Source of the DNA: Lophium mytilinum
Taxonomy: Eukaryota
Assembly: GCA_010093605.1 (NCBI GenBank)
Contig: MU004193.1
Coordinates: 1,371,520 to 1,435,519 of the forward strand
DNA length: 64,000 bases
Reading direction: 5' to 3'
The position numbers and the translations under genes were made by a program. The notes under the pieces were generated by a model. The model had not been told where the DNA came from. It worked only from the letters and a program-made list of their open reading frames with translations, and made no database searches. How positions within the stretch are numbered: the stretch's first letter is position 1; every line of letters begins with the position of its first letter. Shown piece after piece: positions 1 to 13,372 of this stretch.

Positions 1-2295
1 CATCTCAACAATGATATTCTCCGCCTTGAATTTGACGTCTCCAAAGTTGATGTACGGGAGGAGATCCACGCGACCGTTCACTGAAGCCCATGACCACGAC
101 GGAGCGCAGTAAAGTGGCTGCTTCTTTTCCAGATGTCTCACTCTCCAAAGAAGTCCCAGTTCCACGAACACCGAGCTCCACAAACCAGCAAGGTAGGGTG
201 TCTGAGCTCTGTCCTGGACCAACTCTGCAATCCCAGATATCGCTACGAGCTTGTCGGTCGGATACGTGAGGGCCCCTTCGGAATATGCAAACACAAGGCT
301 ATACCACCGCTGATTGAACTCGATCTGCTCCCGCAAGCCGAGTCCAGAGGCAGCTCCAAGTGATTTCAGCACATCGAGTGCTCCTCGAACGCCTCGTGAG
401 GCAGACCGATCAATGTAGTTGTCCCTACTAAAGCCAGCAAAACTCAAAAGTCGAGTCAGGATGTTCTCGTCAACCCAATCGAATAGCCGTCCATTGTGTA
501 CTACATACGGTAGTTTCTCATACCTGGAGCCCTGTTCATCGAACTCGGAGGCCTGCATGGTATTGCATTCGAATAAGACCACATCGGAACAGAAATGGAC
601 CAGGCGACGCGACAGCAACCTCTCTTGGAACGCCCACGCTCGCTTGGTCAATGGCGCTGTTTCCACTCGTGTGTCGAAGAGTGTCTTGATTGACGGCTTC
701 TGGGCCGAGAGATAGTATCTCGTCTTCCCCGAAGTGACAAGGCTCCATGTCTCTGAAGGGGCAGGGCGTTTCCGAAAGCAGCCTCCATTTGAATCCTTTG
801 ATGCGGTCGCCGAAAGAACGCATGCTGCATTGGAATACACCAGTCTCATGGCCGAAGACTCCTTTGCCCAATCATCCTCACAGTCTTGCAAAATGCACCT
901 GTTGAAGGTTAAGCAGAGAGCTCCACCAATCTAATACCATCCACTTACAGAGAGTCAATCCAAAGGTATGATAGACCGAGATGGCGTGTGATGTAGACGG
1001 CTTCTTGAAAGTTCTTGGAGAGTGCATCGTTGTCGATCCCTTCTCGGGTCATGGAGGGATAATTCGTTGTCTCAAGTTTGTAGTCAATATCACCTCCCCA
1101 GCAGTGTGAGAGGGCCACGAAATCTGGCGCTGGATGTTGATTAAGGTCTGCTCCCAGTACTATCCTCAGCTCAGGGATTTCGGCTGTTCCTACATAGAGT
1201 AGTCGTGTTGGGATGAAAGCGAAGCCAGGAGTGTGCGGCTTGCATAGTTCGTGTTTTCTACACTCTTTAATCCAATTTTTGATTTTTGCAATGATAGAGA
1301 GAGTTCCTGTATAATCTAGGACATCTGGCTTTTCTTCTAGAACACCTTGCGCACACTATCAGTCTATGCATCTGAGATCGGCTAGTTATTCAGCGGCACA
1401 TACCTTCCGCAATGCATAGTTCCTTAAATTGAGGGCCAATGGGAGTCTCAAGCCTGATGAGAAATTGCAGGCCATATTCCTTGCCGAACGAGCTCCCTCG
1501 ATGGAGCTTAATCGTGACATTGAGAGCCTCATCTTGATTGGCTGATGGAAGTCCAAAAGACGGTGTTCTTTGAGAGATAGTGCCATAGTTTCCATAAGAG
1601 ATTCCCGAATTAGTTTGGGTGCTTGTTTCCAGCCTCTGGCTCGATAGGGCTTCGCACAGAGGACATCCCCGCCATGAACGTTGCATCTCCTCAAGCGTCG
1701 CGTAGAATCGATGTGTTTCCTTGGTCCGAACGAACATGATCCAAGATCCGAAAAGAAGGCCGGATCGCCCGAGCACACGGCGGCAGTGGTCGCAAAGAGT
1801 AGACTTCTCGAAGGGGTCCACTCTTCGATACCGAGGTAGACGAAATATCCAATGACGAAAAGTACAAGTATAAAATATCAATGACAGCCGAGAGACAATG
1901 GCCCAGAGAATCATGCCAGTAGCTACAGCGAAAATTAGACCTCCACACATAGCATAGCTGAAGAGAAGTGGGAAGAGAGCGATGCCAAATACCCATGCCG
2001 CTCTATCTTTCGGAGGCGCGAAGTACGCCCAGACAAGAGCAGCGAAGATAAATGGGCCACTCAGTGTCGCGACGGCTTTGATGTTATCAAAGAAGAACAT
2101 GATCATCGCCCAGAAGGTGAAGATGGAGAGATAGACTATAGCTTCGTCATTCCGATCTGCTGGCCCAAAGTACCAGATAGAGAGGGCGGCGGTCCCAAAG
2201 AGCATCCAGAGGAACCATATTGCTCGTGAGTTCTTGGAGGTGTTTGCCCCCCATCGATGTCGAGTTCGGGAACGGCGGTAGTAAGTTCTAGCCAT
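1..2295 (-). CDS. HET-domain (PF06985-like) protein with N-terminal hydrophobic/transmembrane segments; 3' end runs off the window
   Basis: Spliced translation (introns ~1346-1403 and ~899-948, GT-AG) gives LCDHC, FIPTRLLYVG, FVALSHCWG, LWIDSL|CILQD-DW-KES-M-VYSNA, PLTKRAWAFQERLLSRR, YSEGALTYPTDKLVAISG, YLAGLW and APSWSWAS, all typical HET-family motifs. Confidence 0.9.
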
Positions 2296-4244
2296 CGCGT
2301 CGACGTGACTCCTTTGAAGCTAATAAGGGATCTTCGTACGTCAGGACGATGCTACGCCATGGTCTTTCTCTGATTTGAACCGTCGTGATGCGATCTCCGC
2401 CGCTGCCAGAGGTGTTTAACGCGATCCCGGCGTGCGGTATCCTAGCGCGCTATGAGCTAGTACTTCTCCCGGGCGCTTGAGCACATATAAGTAAAAGAGA
2501 TTTGTATGAATACTAGAGAATGACAACAGCATGAAGAGACGGCGACGATAGGCAGCGATTGAGGTTCAACTGGGGCTGTGTCAGGATGGTTTCGAGAGTG
2601 GCTTGGAGGGCTTGGTCAATGCTAACCCAAAAGAGCACGCGACGACTTCGCGTCTCAACCTTAGAATACCTTTGACTTTTTAGTAGTTCCTGGACATCGT
2701 TGTAAAATGTATGTTTGTAGCATTAACTTTTACCTTGGAAATCTTCTCGCAGTAGCTCACATACAGAGAAAAGCGCGGTGTCCGTCCCTTTGACTATTCT
2801 CAAAGTCAACCGTGAACTATCCTGGTATAATCTAAATCCATCCTTAAAATGTTACTATGTGACATCCACCGGAGTTAATAAACTCTCCCACAAGTAGGGT
2901 TGATACAATCACGAATGACTGGACTAAAGTCTTCGACACGATTTTGGAGTCGGTCACGTGCTCTTTCTCCCTACGTCCTATAAAACTTCCTCTGACTTCC
3001 AAAAGTTCAATCCTAGGAGGAGCGCTCAATCTTTGGAGCAAACAACGAAACTGCTTGGGGCAATGGGGACTGGGTGGGACGTTCGGATCAAACCAAGCTG
3101 CCCCCGGTCAACGATGGAGAGCTCTAAGGGCTTGTGGATCAACACACGTGAACTCGAGCTGATATGGCCGCGAGTGTCCGGCAACTACTCTCGGGAGGCA
3201 TGTCAATGGAGTTGCGGGCGGAGTGAGTATTCGGGAAAGCGACAATGCCTTTCGCCATCCTTTCAAAATATTGCTATTCATCACGTCCCGTTAAAGTCAA
3301 ATCTCGGCTTTCTAATGAAACATGATAAGCTCTACGGCGGCAGCCTCCAACTTAATCTCTTGTATTAGCCATAAAGATGATCTTCTTCGCCACGTTGAAT
3401 TCGAAGAGGTTATTCTCCGCCAACCACACCACCCATGCTTCAAAGTTGTCGATGGTTTTGATGCTCCACCTCCAGCAACCATTAAGCGTCTTTAGCTCCA
3501 GTTTGAAAGAATCGTCGCAAGGCCTGTGTCGAAAAAAAGAAAGAAAGTTCTCCAGCCCGACAAACGAAAGATCTTATACTGCAACTCGTTCATCCTTCCC
3601 GTGACTTGCGAGTACAGTTCTGCATTGTCATAACTTATTCTGTCCAGCTATGTTCCTAAAACAACAACGAAGCACTTCGAACAGCGGTGAGCACAGGCAC
3701 ACAGGCCTTTTCCCAAACACAGTGCTCCCGTGTCTGTCTCGTGACCCCCTTAAATCTTCTTTCAACGGGGTATAAAAGCTCGCTCGCAAACCGAGACTTA
3801 AGGTCATCAGAAGCTCGCCATGGAGGGGTGGAAATAATACTCGGCTCGATTTGGCATCATGTTGGAAAGCAGGAGGATCAAAAGCTTCGCTCAGATTTTA
3901 CCATGGCTGCGTGAGTCGGTTCAATTGGAATGTCCCAGCTCACTATGGAGGAGGAGTGCTCAAACCCTACGCCCGATGGTGCTCACAACTAACTCTCTTA
4001 CTCCTATCCATCACCACTCGTATCATGCTTGCTTCTTCTTCTCTTTCTTATAGGGCTCCAAACCACGACCTCCCCTCTCTTGATATCTCTTCATCAAGCG
4101 CTAATAACTCCCTCCATCACCACCTCAACGCCTCCTCCACCCATGTTTGGCATCTCGTGCATGCGTTGATCCCTTCCCCCCACCCATCAGTTTCCGCTGA
4201 CATCCAGTTGAATCGACGCACACCATGAGAGATTGCATTGGTGC

Positions 4245-4356
4245 TTTTTGATCCACCCCTCTTCCCCCATAGTAGAAGTCTCCATCCGATTTTGATCCAC
4301 CCCTCTCCCACCCATGATCCCTCATGAAGACCACTTTTGATCCACACAAGTCCCCA
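4245..4356. repeat. Three degenerate copies of TTTTGATCCAC(C/A)C at ~45-bp spacing
   Basis: GATCCAC cores at 4250, 4294 and 4339, each preceded by a T-run and followed by C-rich sequence. Confidence 0.6.
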
Positions 4357-4826
4357 GCCATGGGGTGTTGAGATTCTCAAGTTTGAAGACAACACCTCTA
4401 CCGCACGCATGGCATAGCGGTTCTGATACTGCTGATCCAATCCAGATCCACCCATGGGGAAGATCGTGCCCAGATCTCGACAACTCCACCGCCGCACCTC
4501 TGAGGGAAGAAGAAAGGATCTGAGAGAGAGGGGATGGGGAGGTTTTATAGTCTTTGCCAACAAGGGGAGAGGGATAGGGGCGTGACATGAGAAGAGGGGC
4601 ATGACGTGAGTACTTGACCGCTTTTTCATAAGCAAGTTCTTCAGATAGATATGGATGTATCCAAACCGTTTTTAATGCATAATCATACCGCTGTATCATT
4701 TTCATCGATGAATTATGGAGGCCACCCAATGCAAAAACCCGCCCCAGGTCCGCTATGCCGCCCATTCCATGCTTTCAACCCTCCCCTCTCAACCCTACCC
4801 AAAATTGCAGGCAGTCTTCACCCTGC

Positions 4827-7761
4827 CTACTCATCCGTCAAATCCCCATACTCCCACACCCCCCTCCTCCCCTCCTTCGCCTCCCCCTCCCTCCGCCTCA
4901 ACCCCTCCAGCACCCCCTTGTCCGCCTTCTCCCACGGCCTCAACTTCCTCCCCACCAGCGCCAACCCCTCTCCCACCGCATCCGCATTCAAACTCTCCGC
5001 CCCACTCTCACTACTCTTCGGATCAAACAGCGTGACCCACAGCCCGCCATCCTTCTCCACCGCATCCACATTCGCCACCAGCTGCCTGCCCTCCGTCTCC
5101 TGCGCAAACCACCCCACAAAGTCCGCCAGATACTCCGGATTGCTCGGCAGCGACACGAACGAGAGCTGCGCGTCCGCCGCCTGCGGCTTCAGTTTCTGGC
5201 TCGTCGAGAACTGCGCGGGGAGCGCGCGTAGGCGCGACCACGGGATGGTTTCTGAGTTGCCGTAGTCGACGTACAGCACCTCGGCCTTCTTGTTCTCGCG
5301 GTCGTTGCGACGGATGCGCGCGCGGTACCATTCGTTGTCGGCCGTGAAGCGCGCGGCGACGTAGTCGCCAGCCTTAGGGGGTCCTGCGAGGGGCGTGTTG
5401 TTCGAGGGGTTGAGGTGGAAGGAGCGAAAGGCGGACATGAGCTCGGTGAGGGCGGCGGTGCCCGTACCGATCTGCTGTAGCTTCAACCGGCCGGTTTCGT
5501 CGACGTGCGTGATGACGACGTCGCGGTAGTCCTTTGCGCGCGCCGCGGGGGCAGCGTCGCCATTTGTGCCGTGGCCGTTTGTGGCTGCGCCGGCGGCGGT
5601 GGCATCGTCGTCGTCGTTTTCGGCGGAGGGGTCGTAGTCGGCCCAGAGGTTTTTGCGGCCGTCTTTGGCTTTTTGTTCTGCGGCGAAGAGCTCGTTGGCG
5701 TTGCCGGACTTCTCGGCGGAGTAGGCGTGGACGGTTGCGAGACCCTCTTCTACTAGGACCTTTGCGAAGTTCTCACGATTGACGTATAGGGTGCCGATGA
5801 AACCGCCGTTCTTGTCACAGTCCTCGACGTCGATTTCGCAGTCGCGCTGGAGAGTCCGCCTATTGGCGAATTCGTGAGCTTCTTTCCCGAAGGGTTCACC
5901 CTTCTCCGTATCGTTCCTAGCAGAGCGAGGAGCGCGAATACCAGATAGGACGAAAGTGAGTTTGGCGTTCTCTCGGGGGACTAGAACCGTGAAGCGGGAT
6001 GCGGATTTGACGAAGTCGACAATGGCAGGGACCTTGCGTTGGCGTGAGAGGAGTGATAGCTGTCGCTTCGCCTTCTCCAAGCTCTCTGAATAGTCCACAA
6101 ACTGCTTGGCAGCAGGTGCCTTTGTGTTCCACATGCCCTTGCCTGCCGCTTGCGCCTCCGCCTCGGCTTGAATCAGGTCGTCGTAGATCGGGCTGCGGTC
6201 CGTATCGTCCTGGCGATGGCGAATGACAGAGGCATACCCGCTCTCCACAAGCAACAAACCGATGTTCTTCCCGTTCAAAGTAACGGTGGCCATTTCACGC
6301 GCCTCGAAGCCGTCCGTCGCAGGCCGCTTTCCGTTGATAACAAACTTGACATGCTTGCCAATCAACTTCTTCCGTAGGAACTCCTTGGCCTCGGCGCCCC
6401 AAGGTGATTGCTTAGGATCCGAGGGTTTTGGTTGCCTCACGCTGCTAAGGTTGATACGCTTCTCGTCGCCCGCCTTGCTGCGGACCCAGAGGGTGTCTGC
6501 GCTCTGAACTCTGCTAACCACGGACTCGTTTTCAGCGCCCGCGGATGCTTTAGGAGCGACAACGCCCTGGAACAGGCCTTTCCGGTTGTCTCTCGCCTCT
6601 TTCTCCGCCGCACGTAGTTCGCCCATTTCTGCGCCGAGCAACGTGGAATGATGATCGGTACAGCGCGCAAGTCCTTCTTTCAGCAAAAACGGCGTGATGC
6701 TTCCTTGAATGTGGTGCTTCACGTTTGCCACGAGTTGGCCGTTGGGACTGACGCCTAGAGGGATGACCGAGACATTCCGCTGTAGTAGACGCAGCTCGGC
6801 GTACTGTTGCGCCTCTTCGCCAAACGGTTCCGCGGGTTGCTCTTTGCCGTCTGAGGGATTGGTGCGCTTAGTCGAAGGTGCGCGGATGCCAGCAATGAGT
6901 AACATGGTTTGCGCGTGTTTTGTAGGCGAGAGCTTTAGTCGAACTATCAAGCGGTCGCCTGACAAGACCTTCTCGACGATACCTGCTTAATGTTAACAAA
7001 AGCCAGCTTCTCGGCGCGAAAACAATTCTCTCAAACCATGAATATAATTGTAAAAAAACATACCATCCACCTTCGCCCCCTTGTATTTCTCTACGAATGC
7101 TTTGGGGTCGGAGAGTTCGAAGTCGCAATCTATTTTGCCGGAGCCCTCGCCCCATACGCCCTCTGATTCTGCTTTCGCTCGCGCCTCGAGCATCTGAAGC
7201 CTCTCAAGTATGGAGGCCGACTCTTCGGAGTCGTCCTTCCGGCCAGCATCGTCGCGAAGCTTGACCCAGCCTTTTTCAACGCAGGAGTCGGGGAATTGGA
7301 CGTTGTTCGGCAGTTTTACAATTCCATATTCACGGTTCGCGCCGGTAGGGATCTTGTACAGCACTTTGAAGTGGACGAATTTGCCCACGAGCTGGTTGCG
7401 GAGGAAGTCGCGGGATTCGAAGGCGTGGGGCTATTGAAATTGTACTGTTAGCTATGTTCCAATTGCTTTGAGGTTGTTCGGGCTTAGAGAAAGGTTCCAA
7501 GAGAGTGTATGCCCGAATCCGCTAGGAATCCTTGCGACGGGTGTGTGCAGATAATCCCAAACTCAAACGAGCAGCCTGCGACCTCGATCGTGTATAGGCC
7601 CAATTGAAGACTCCACGTACCTCATCGCCCTCCCTCCGTAGTCTAGGCGCAGAGACGAAAGCAAGGCTAAGCGTGCGCTCTTGTTTCGGGTTGTTGATGT
7701 TATGAAGGACAACCGTGTCGCCGGAGAGGACGCTCTTGACTTTGGCTTCGAATTCAGGCAT
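4827..7761 (-). CDS. SND1: Tudor staphylococcal nuclease (Tudor-SN/p100)
   Basis: Exons ~7621-7761, ~7064-7430 and 4827-~6982. Four SN domains (VKSVLSGDT, IVEKVLSGDRL, VSRVQSADT, VDFVKSASRF) then a Tudor domain (ARFTADNEWYRA, VLYVDYGNSE) and the C-terminal GVWEYGDLTDE. Confidence 0.96.
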
Positions 7762-7836
7762 ATTGACCAGGGTTTCCCAGGGATCTTTTCTGTAGGCTCG
7801 CCAGGGATCTGAATGGTAGACGGATTGTAGGGTTTT

Positions 7837-7948
7837 CTATATGTAAAGCTTGATATTAGTACAGGCAATTGAGCTATATAGTATTGCGGAGCCAGCGGGG
7901 GTGGTGAATCGAGCTCTTGAGGGCAGACGCAGAGAGGGATGTACTCAC
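7837..7948 (-). other. Probable 5' UTR intron of SND1
   Basis: GTGAGT donor at 7948, ACTAAT branch-like site and TAG acceptor at 7837, 75 nt upstream of the ATG. No in-frame ATG in the upstream exon. Confidence 0.5.
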
Positions 7949-8667
7949 GCGAGCTGTAGAAGCGGGCGATGCTATAGGGTGGGTTTGCGGAATCGAAGAG
8001 TGTGATTGCTAAAGCTGTGGGCAAGTGGCGAGGAGGGAGTCGAGGAGAGTGGGAGGTTATGCAGTGGCGGTGAGGTGGTGTTATTGATGAGCTTGTGAAG
8101 TGTGGGGAGAAGGTGGCCTCTACGCGAAAAACGTCACCCTATTTTAAGCTTTAGGTACTTTAAATTAATGAACACCCCGCCTTCAATGCATGATTTCACT
8201 GATTGCACTTAGTTCTTAAAGGGGTATTTGCTTCTCGTCCCCATCCTGTTAACCTTAGGTACCCAACGTCCTCCTGTAAACCTCCGGGCCCGTAGCTCTC
8301 CTATATGCAGATCTAGCAGCTCCCAATGATTTCCAAGACGCGGCGAGGACTGTTAGAGTAAGGTAATACGGGATGAGGTACGTATTCATGGTCCTTTAAG
8401 TAGTCAATAAAGGCAACGATCTCCTTCGCATTGGCCTCTTGCCAAGCCGTCAAAACCAGACCGAGCACAACAACATCTCACGAATCCCAAAATCATCTTT
8501 GCTAAAGATTCTTATTCATTCTGAAGCTGCCTCAAGTCCCGCCAGCACAACCCGGCAACAACTCGTAACTCCCATTTCTACCACCCAGGTCGATTTCTCA
8601 ATCCACCCAGCCAACTTTCCCTTCTACCACCTGCATCTTGGTGGCTAGGTGCCGGCCATAGACCCAT

Positions 8668-9605
8668 CTAAGCCGCAATACCAATAACACCACAAGCCGG
8701 ACGCGTGCCCGCATTCCCCGTCTTCTTGCTCTCCTCGCTGTCGCCCTTGCCCAGATCATCAGTGCCCGAGTGGACAACGACGGTGCGGCCAACGACGCTA
8801 TCCGGGCCGATCAGCTTGACGAGCTTGTCCGTGACGGTGCCGGTGCCGTTGCCCTGGCCGTCCGTCTTGAAGTTGCCCAGGTCGCCGACGTGGCGCTCCT
8901 CGTCGTCGGGCGCGCCGTGAGTCTTGCCGTGGGGGTTGACTTGGGGGTGAGTGTTAGCGAGGCTGTTGAAGAGTTCATAGGGTGTCGAGGGTGGTAAGTG
9001 AGGGTAGGGATGAGTAGGGGGCAGTGGAAGAACGGAACGGGGTTTGAACGTACAATGCGGGCCTGCGCTCGTGCAGCCATTGGTATTGTCCCCGAAGGTG
9101 TGGACGTGTATGCCACGCTCAGCATTGGCGTCGTTGCCGGTGATGTTGAAGGTGATGGTGGTCGGCTCGCTCTCGGAGGCCTGCTCGAAGGTGACGGAGC
9201 CCTTAACGTTCGAGTCTCCTCGGATGACGGCGACTGCAATCGAAGTCCATCAGCGCCAGTCCCAAATGTGATATACGGTATCCATTCTGAGCCTGCTCTT
9301 CAAGATACAAAAAGAAAAGAGCGGTTGGAGGACGAAAGAAGAGCGAGTAGGAGGTAAAGACAGCCATCAAGGTACACCATCCCGCAGCATAGCATCGCCA
9401 TCAGGGTCCTCATCCCCCTCCCTCGCCCCCCTCACATCAGCAACACATCCAATAACAGTCTCCATACCCCTCCACTCCCTCCCAGAGTATGGTAGCAGAA
9501 CGTGCTCAATCCCTCTCACGCCCCACTTCCGGCCTCCCCCCAACCACGGTCGAACCAAACCCACCAAATCGCAAAAGAAGAACGGTACATACCAGCTTTA
9601 ACCAT
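8668..9605 (-). CDS. SOD1: Cu/Zn superoxide dismutase (absent from the ORF track)
   Basis: A 13-nt first exon ATGGTTAAAGCTG (9593-9605), then exon ~9054-9233 ([18 protein letters not shown]...[20 protein letters not shown]) and exon 8668-~8939 ([23 protein letters not shown]...[14 protein letters not shown]...[17 protein letters not shown]). Confidence 0.97.
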
Positions 9606-10491
9606 TGTGGCGGTATTGGATTGTTTAGTACAAGTTGCTCAGAGTACAGAGGTGATGTAGAAGTGGATTAGTTTGCAAGTGTAAGAATTGGAGAGATGGA
9701 AGGCGTTTCTCGGAACCTCCTTCTACCCCTCCGATCCGAGGCCACCAGCCCCGCAGCGCAATTGCTCCGAAAGGCGTGTTTTGTAAGGCTTTCGTCATTT
9801 TGCATTACTGCATGCTATAACCCCTATACATGCAATTCATGGGTAATTCACTATCAACCGGCTCCATTTCCTAGCCTCGGGAGTCAATATCCTGGCGTAG
9901 ATTCGAAGTTTAGTTTAGCACTGCCATCTTGCTGCAATTGGCGCTGTCTAAACAGATGCTCAATATATTCAATGTCTGGACGAGGAGACATATATTGTGC
10001 TACATAGGTGCTGAGAGTATGCCGTACAATCTAGCCACTCGCTTTTGGTAAGCTCCGTGCCCCTCTATTTGGTGCTTGCTAATTCATCGGCCACTCGGAG
10101 AGCGACTGGAGAACGTGACTTGGCTGCTATGTTGCACAATCGCTACATGGTCCTTAGGATTCTTTAGTGGAAACGGACCTTTGGGCTTCAGGACTGAAAT
10201 AGCGTTATTGTTAAGTGACGGTGTGGATGAGAGGGAGTGGGGGAAAGGCTCCGGTCTATCAGAAGAAATCCACACTAGCAAACAAGCCGTAGGGTAATAC
10301 TGTCTATTTTGTTCGCATCACGTTCATAGCTACAGGCCGCCTTCATTCGTTCAAAGTAAAGTAAAGTTGATGCCAATTACTGCATTCTCGTGACCTGCAA
10401 CTCTCATTCCCAATCTCCCGCCTAGAGTACTCCTGCCCGCCCCGATACCGGAGCGGAGGTCTGTCGCCCGCTTCCCGCCATACTAGGAAAC

Positions 10492-11755
10492 TTACGCCTC
10501 AATCTTCTTCTTCAGGATATCCTTCAGAGTCACAGCGTCAGCCGCAAACTTGGAGATGCCCTCGCGCAGCTTCTCGACCGCCATCTGGTCCTCGTTGAAG
10601 TCGAAGCGGAATGTGGGCTCGTCGGCGAGGTACGCCTTCTTCTCGAGCTGGAGGCTGGACGCGCCTGAGGCATCGAGCTTCTTGGGCACTGAGTCGGTTG
10701 AGTTGAAGAGGGATTCGAGGAGGTTGGGCTGCAGAAAATATAATCAGTTCATGCTCTGTAACTCTGCCGGGTGTTCTTTTTGATTGCTTCTCCTCGAATT
10801 TTGACGGGCGTTAATTTGGGGAAAACTCACCGCAATAGTCAGATAATCGCAACCCGCCAACTCCGTAACCTCGCCTATGCTCCTGAACGACGCGCCCATG
10901 ACAATGGTCTTGTAGCCGAACTTCTTGTAGTAGTTGAAGATAGCCTTGACGCTCTCAACACCGGGGTCCTCGGAGGCCGAGTACTCCTTCTTGGTCGACG
11001 CCTTGTACCAGTCGAGGATACGGCCGACGAAGGGCGAGATGAGGAACGCGCCGGCTTCTGCGGCCGCGATGGCCTGCACCAGGGAGAACATGAGGGTGAG
11101 GTTGCAGTTGATGTCGTGCTTGGATTGCAGGATGTGGGCGGCTTGGATGCCCTCCCATGTCGAGGCGATCTTGATCAGGATGCGCTCCTTGGGGATGCCG
11201 ATTTCTTTGTAGAGCTAGAACCAAGAAAGTCAGCTATGTTCAAATGACTCAGTTAGAAAGAGTGCCTGTCGGATTGCATACCTCGATGATATGGAGAGCC
11301 TTATCAACAGACGCCTTGGTGTCAAACGAGAACCTAGCGTCCACCTCGGTCGACACCTTGCCGGGGATGATCTGGAGGATCTCCTTGCCGAATTGCACCA
11401 GCAGGTTGTCGAGGGTGGCGTCGACCTGGTGGTCAAGGTCGCCTCCCTTCTTCTTGCCGTACTCGACGGCGGCATCGATCAGCTTCGCGTACTCGGGCTT
11501 CTTCGATGCGGCCAGAATCAGGGACGGGTTCGTGGTGGCATCTTGCGGCTTGTACTTGGCGATCGTGGCAAAGTCACCAGAGTCGCAGACGACAGTCTAC
11601 ACACAGAGGAACGCTGTTAGCATGAAGTAATATGGATACGGGCTTCGAAAATTCTGCTCGCGGGGAGCTGTTTCCCGCGCTGCCCGGGGGCGGGGTGGAT
11701 GGCGGGGTAGACTCACGGTGCCAGTGGCCTTCAATTGATCGAGGGAGCTGCTCAT
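10492..11755 (-). CDS. TAL1: Transaldolase
   Basis: Four exons: [22 protein letters not shown]...[64 protein letters not shown]. Confidence 0.97.
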
Positions 11756-12347
11756 GATTGCGGTAGTTGTAGAGTGTGTTTTGAGGGTGAAGATTGGTGT
11801 TTATGGGAGAAGGTGATAGTGGGGCAGGTGGTTGGGTTATGGAGTACTAGGTGGTGACGGAGGAAAGCCTCTCGTCAGTGGCAAGGGCCCAAAAAACAAT
11901 GCAGGAAACTCCGCCCGTGATAGGGCCGCCTGGCGACCCCTCTATCAATCAGCATTTGGGCCCTTCCTGTCAGCGAACAGTCACTCGGCCCTGTGCAACC
12001 CACGATCACTCGATCTGGCCTGATGCGCCATGGAAGTATTCGAACGCTCAGGTGTATCTGAGGTCGTATTGAGAAAGTACTAACTTTGCTTTTGCGCCCT
12101 GGAATTGGCTCGCAGGATGCATCTCCGGCCCGTGAGGTTACAAGGCTACGGCCGCGGATCTGCTGCGTTGAATTGAGTGAACAGGTGATCGATTGATCCA
12201 TCCACCATCACGATGACCACATCCGACCGCTCCAGACGTTCAGGGCCAATTGTAGTTAGATGATCAGGCCAACATTCACACAAATTCTAAACACCAAAGA
12301 ATTGACGACAGTCATGAAGTTCGAAGGAAATTGACATACACGACCCC

Positions 12348-13372
12348 CTAAACCTTCCCCCACCCATCCTGCCCTAACCACTCAAACACCTCATCCATAC
12401 CGACCTTCATCTTACTAACCCTATTCCCATCCCCCTTAGGGCCCGGGTCATTCAGCATCGCCACCCTCCTCGTTTGATCCTTGCCCACCTCCAACACAGT
12501 CCCACCACCCATTTCTGGATCCTCCATACACCTCAGCATTGCCTCAGCCACCTCCTCCGGCGTCGCCCACTCATCCTTCCCCTCATCTATAAATTTGTTC
12601 TTTTCCGGGTGCTCCGTCCATAGCGGCGTCTTGATTAACCCTGGCGCAACCCCATTAACCCTCACGCCAATCGTAGCATCCAACGGCCCCAACGAGCGTA
12701 TGAAGCCGTTCATACCGTGCTTCGCAGCGACGTACAGCGGCGTGCAGAGATTTGAGCACTGGCCCGCGATACTGCTAATAATAACAACGCGTTTCGGGTT
12801 CGCGACGGACACCTTCGCGCCCTTGCTCGGGTCCAGGAAATGTGAGATAGCCAGCTGCGTCGCGCGGATCGGGTGCGTGAGATTGATATCCAGACTCGCG
12901 TAGCCGTTGCCCGCCACCGTGTCCTTCGACTCCGGCGAGCCGGGCGGGTGCCAGAAGTTGCTGAAGTAGGGGTCGTAGACACCAGCTCCCGGGCAGAGGA
13001 TGTCCACACCACCGAATTCGGCGTCAGCGACGTCGAAGAGGCGGGAGAGTTGCGCCCAGTCTGTGACGTCGGTTTTTTGGAAGACAGCGCGGGGTTTGCT
13101 GGATGTCTTCGGGGTGTAGGTGTCGATTAGTTTTTGGGCTTCTGGGCGCAGGGAGAGGTCGGCAAAGAGGACGTTGCAGTTCTTGGAGAGGAGGAGGGAG
13201 GCGAAGGAGAGGCAGATGCCTTCTTGTGTTAGCTGGGTTGCATTGAGAGACGGGTGTTTATAGGTTACTCACCAGAACCAGCGCCTGTCACGATTGCTGT
13301 CTTCCCCTTTACAGAAAACGGATGCGTGTTGGCGGCGGCACTCTCGAGGAACTCTTGCTTCGACGTCGCCAT
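12348..13372 (-). CDS. Short-chain dehydrogenase/reductase (15-hydroxyprostaglandin dehydrogenase-like)
   Basis: KTAIVTGAGSG|IC Rossmann motif across one intron (~13220-13272); ISSIAGQ, catalytic YVAAKHG and VNGVAPGLIKTPLW. Confidence 0.9.

Noticed and set aside
2844..4230. Short ORFs and a stop-interrupted frame (DDLLRHVEFEEVILRQPHHPCFKVVDGF...) between the HET gene and SND1
   Set aside because: No recognisable domain or consistent exon structure. It could be a decayed gene, but I cannot support that.
8770..9357. Plus-strand ORFs 8770-8997 and 8998-9357 and minus ORF 8811-9239
   Set aside because: Antisense or off-frame shadows of SOD1.
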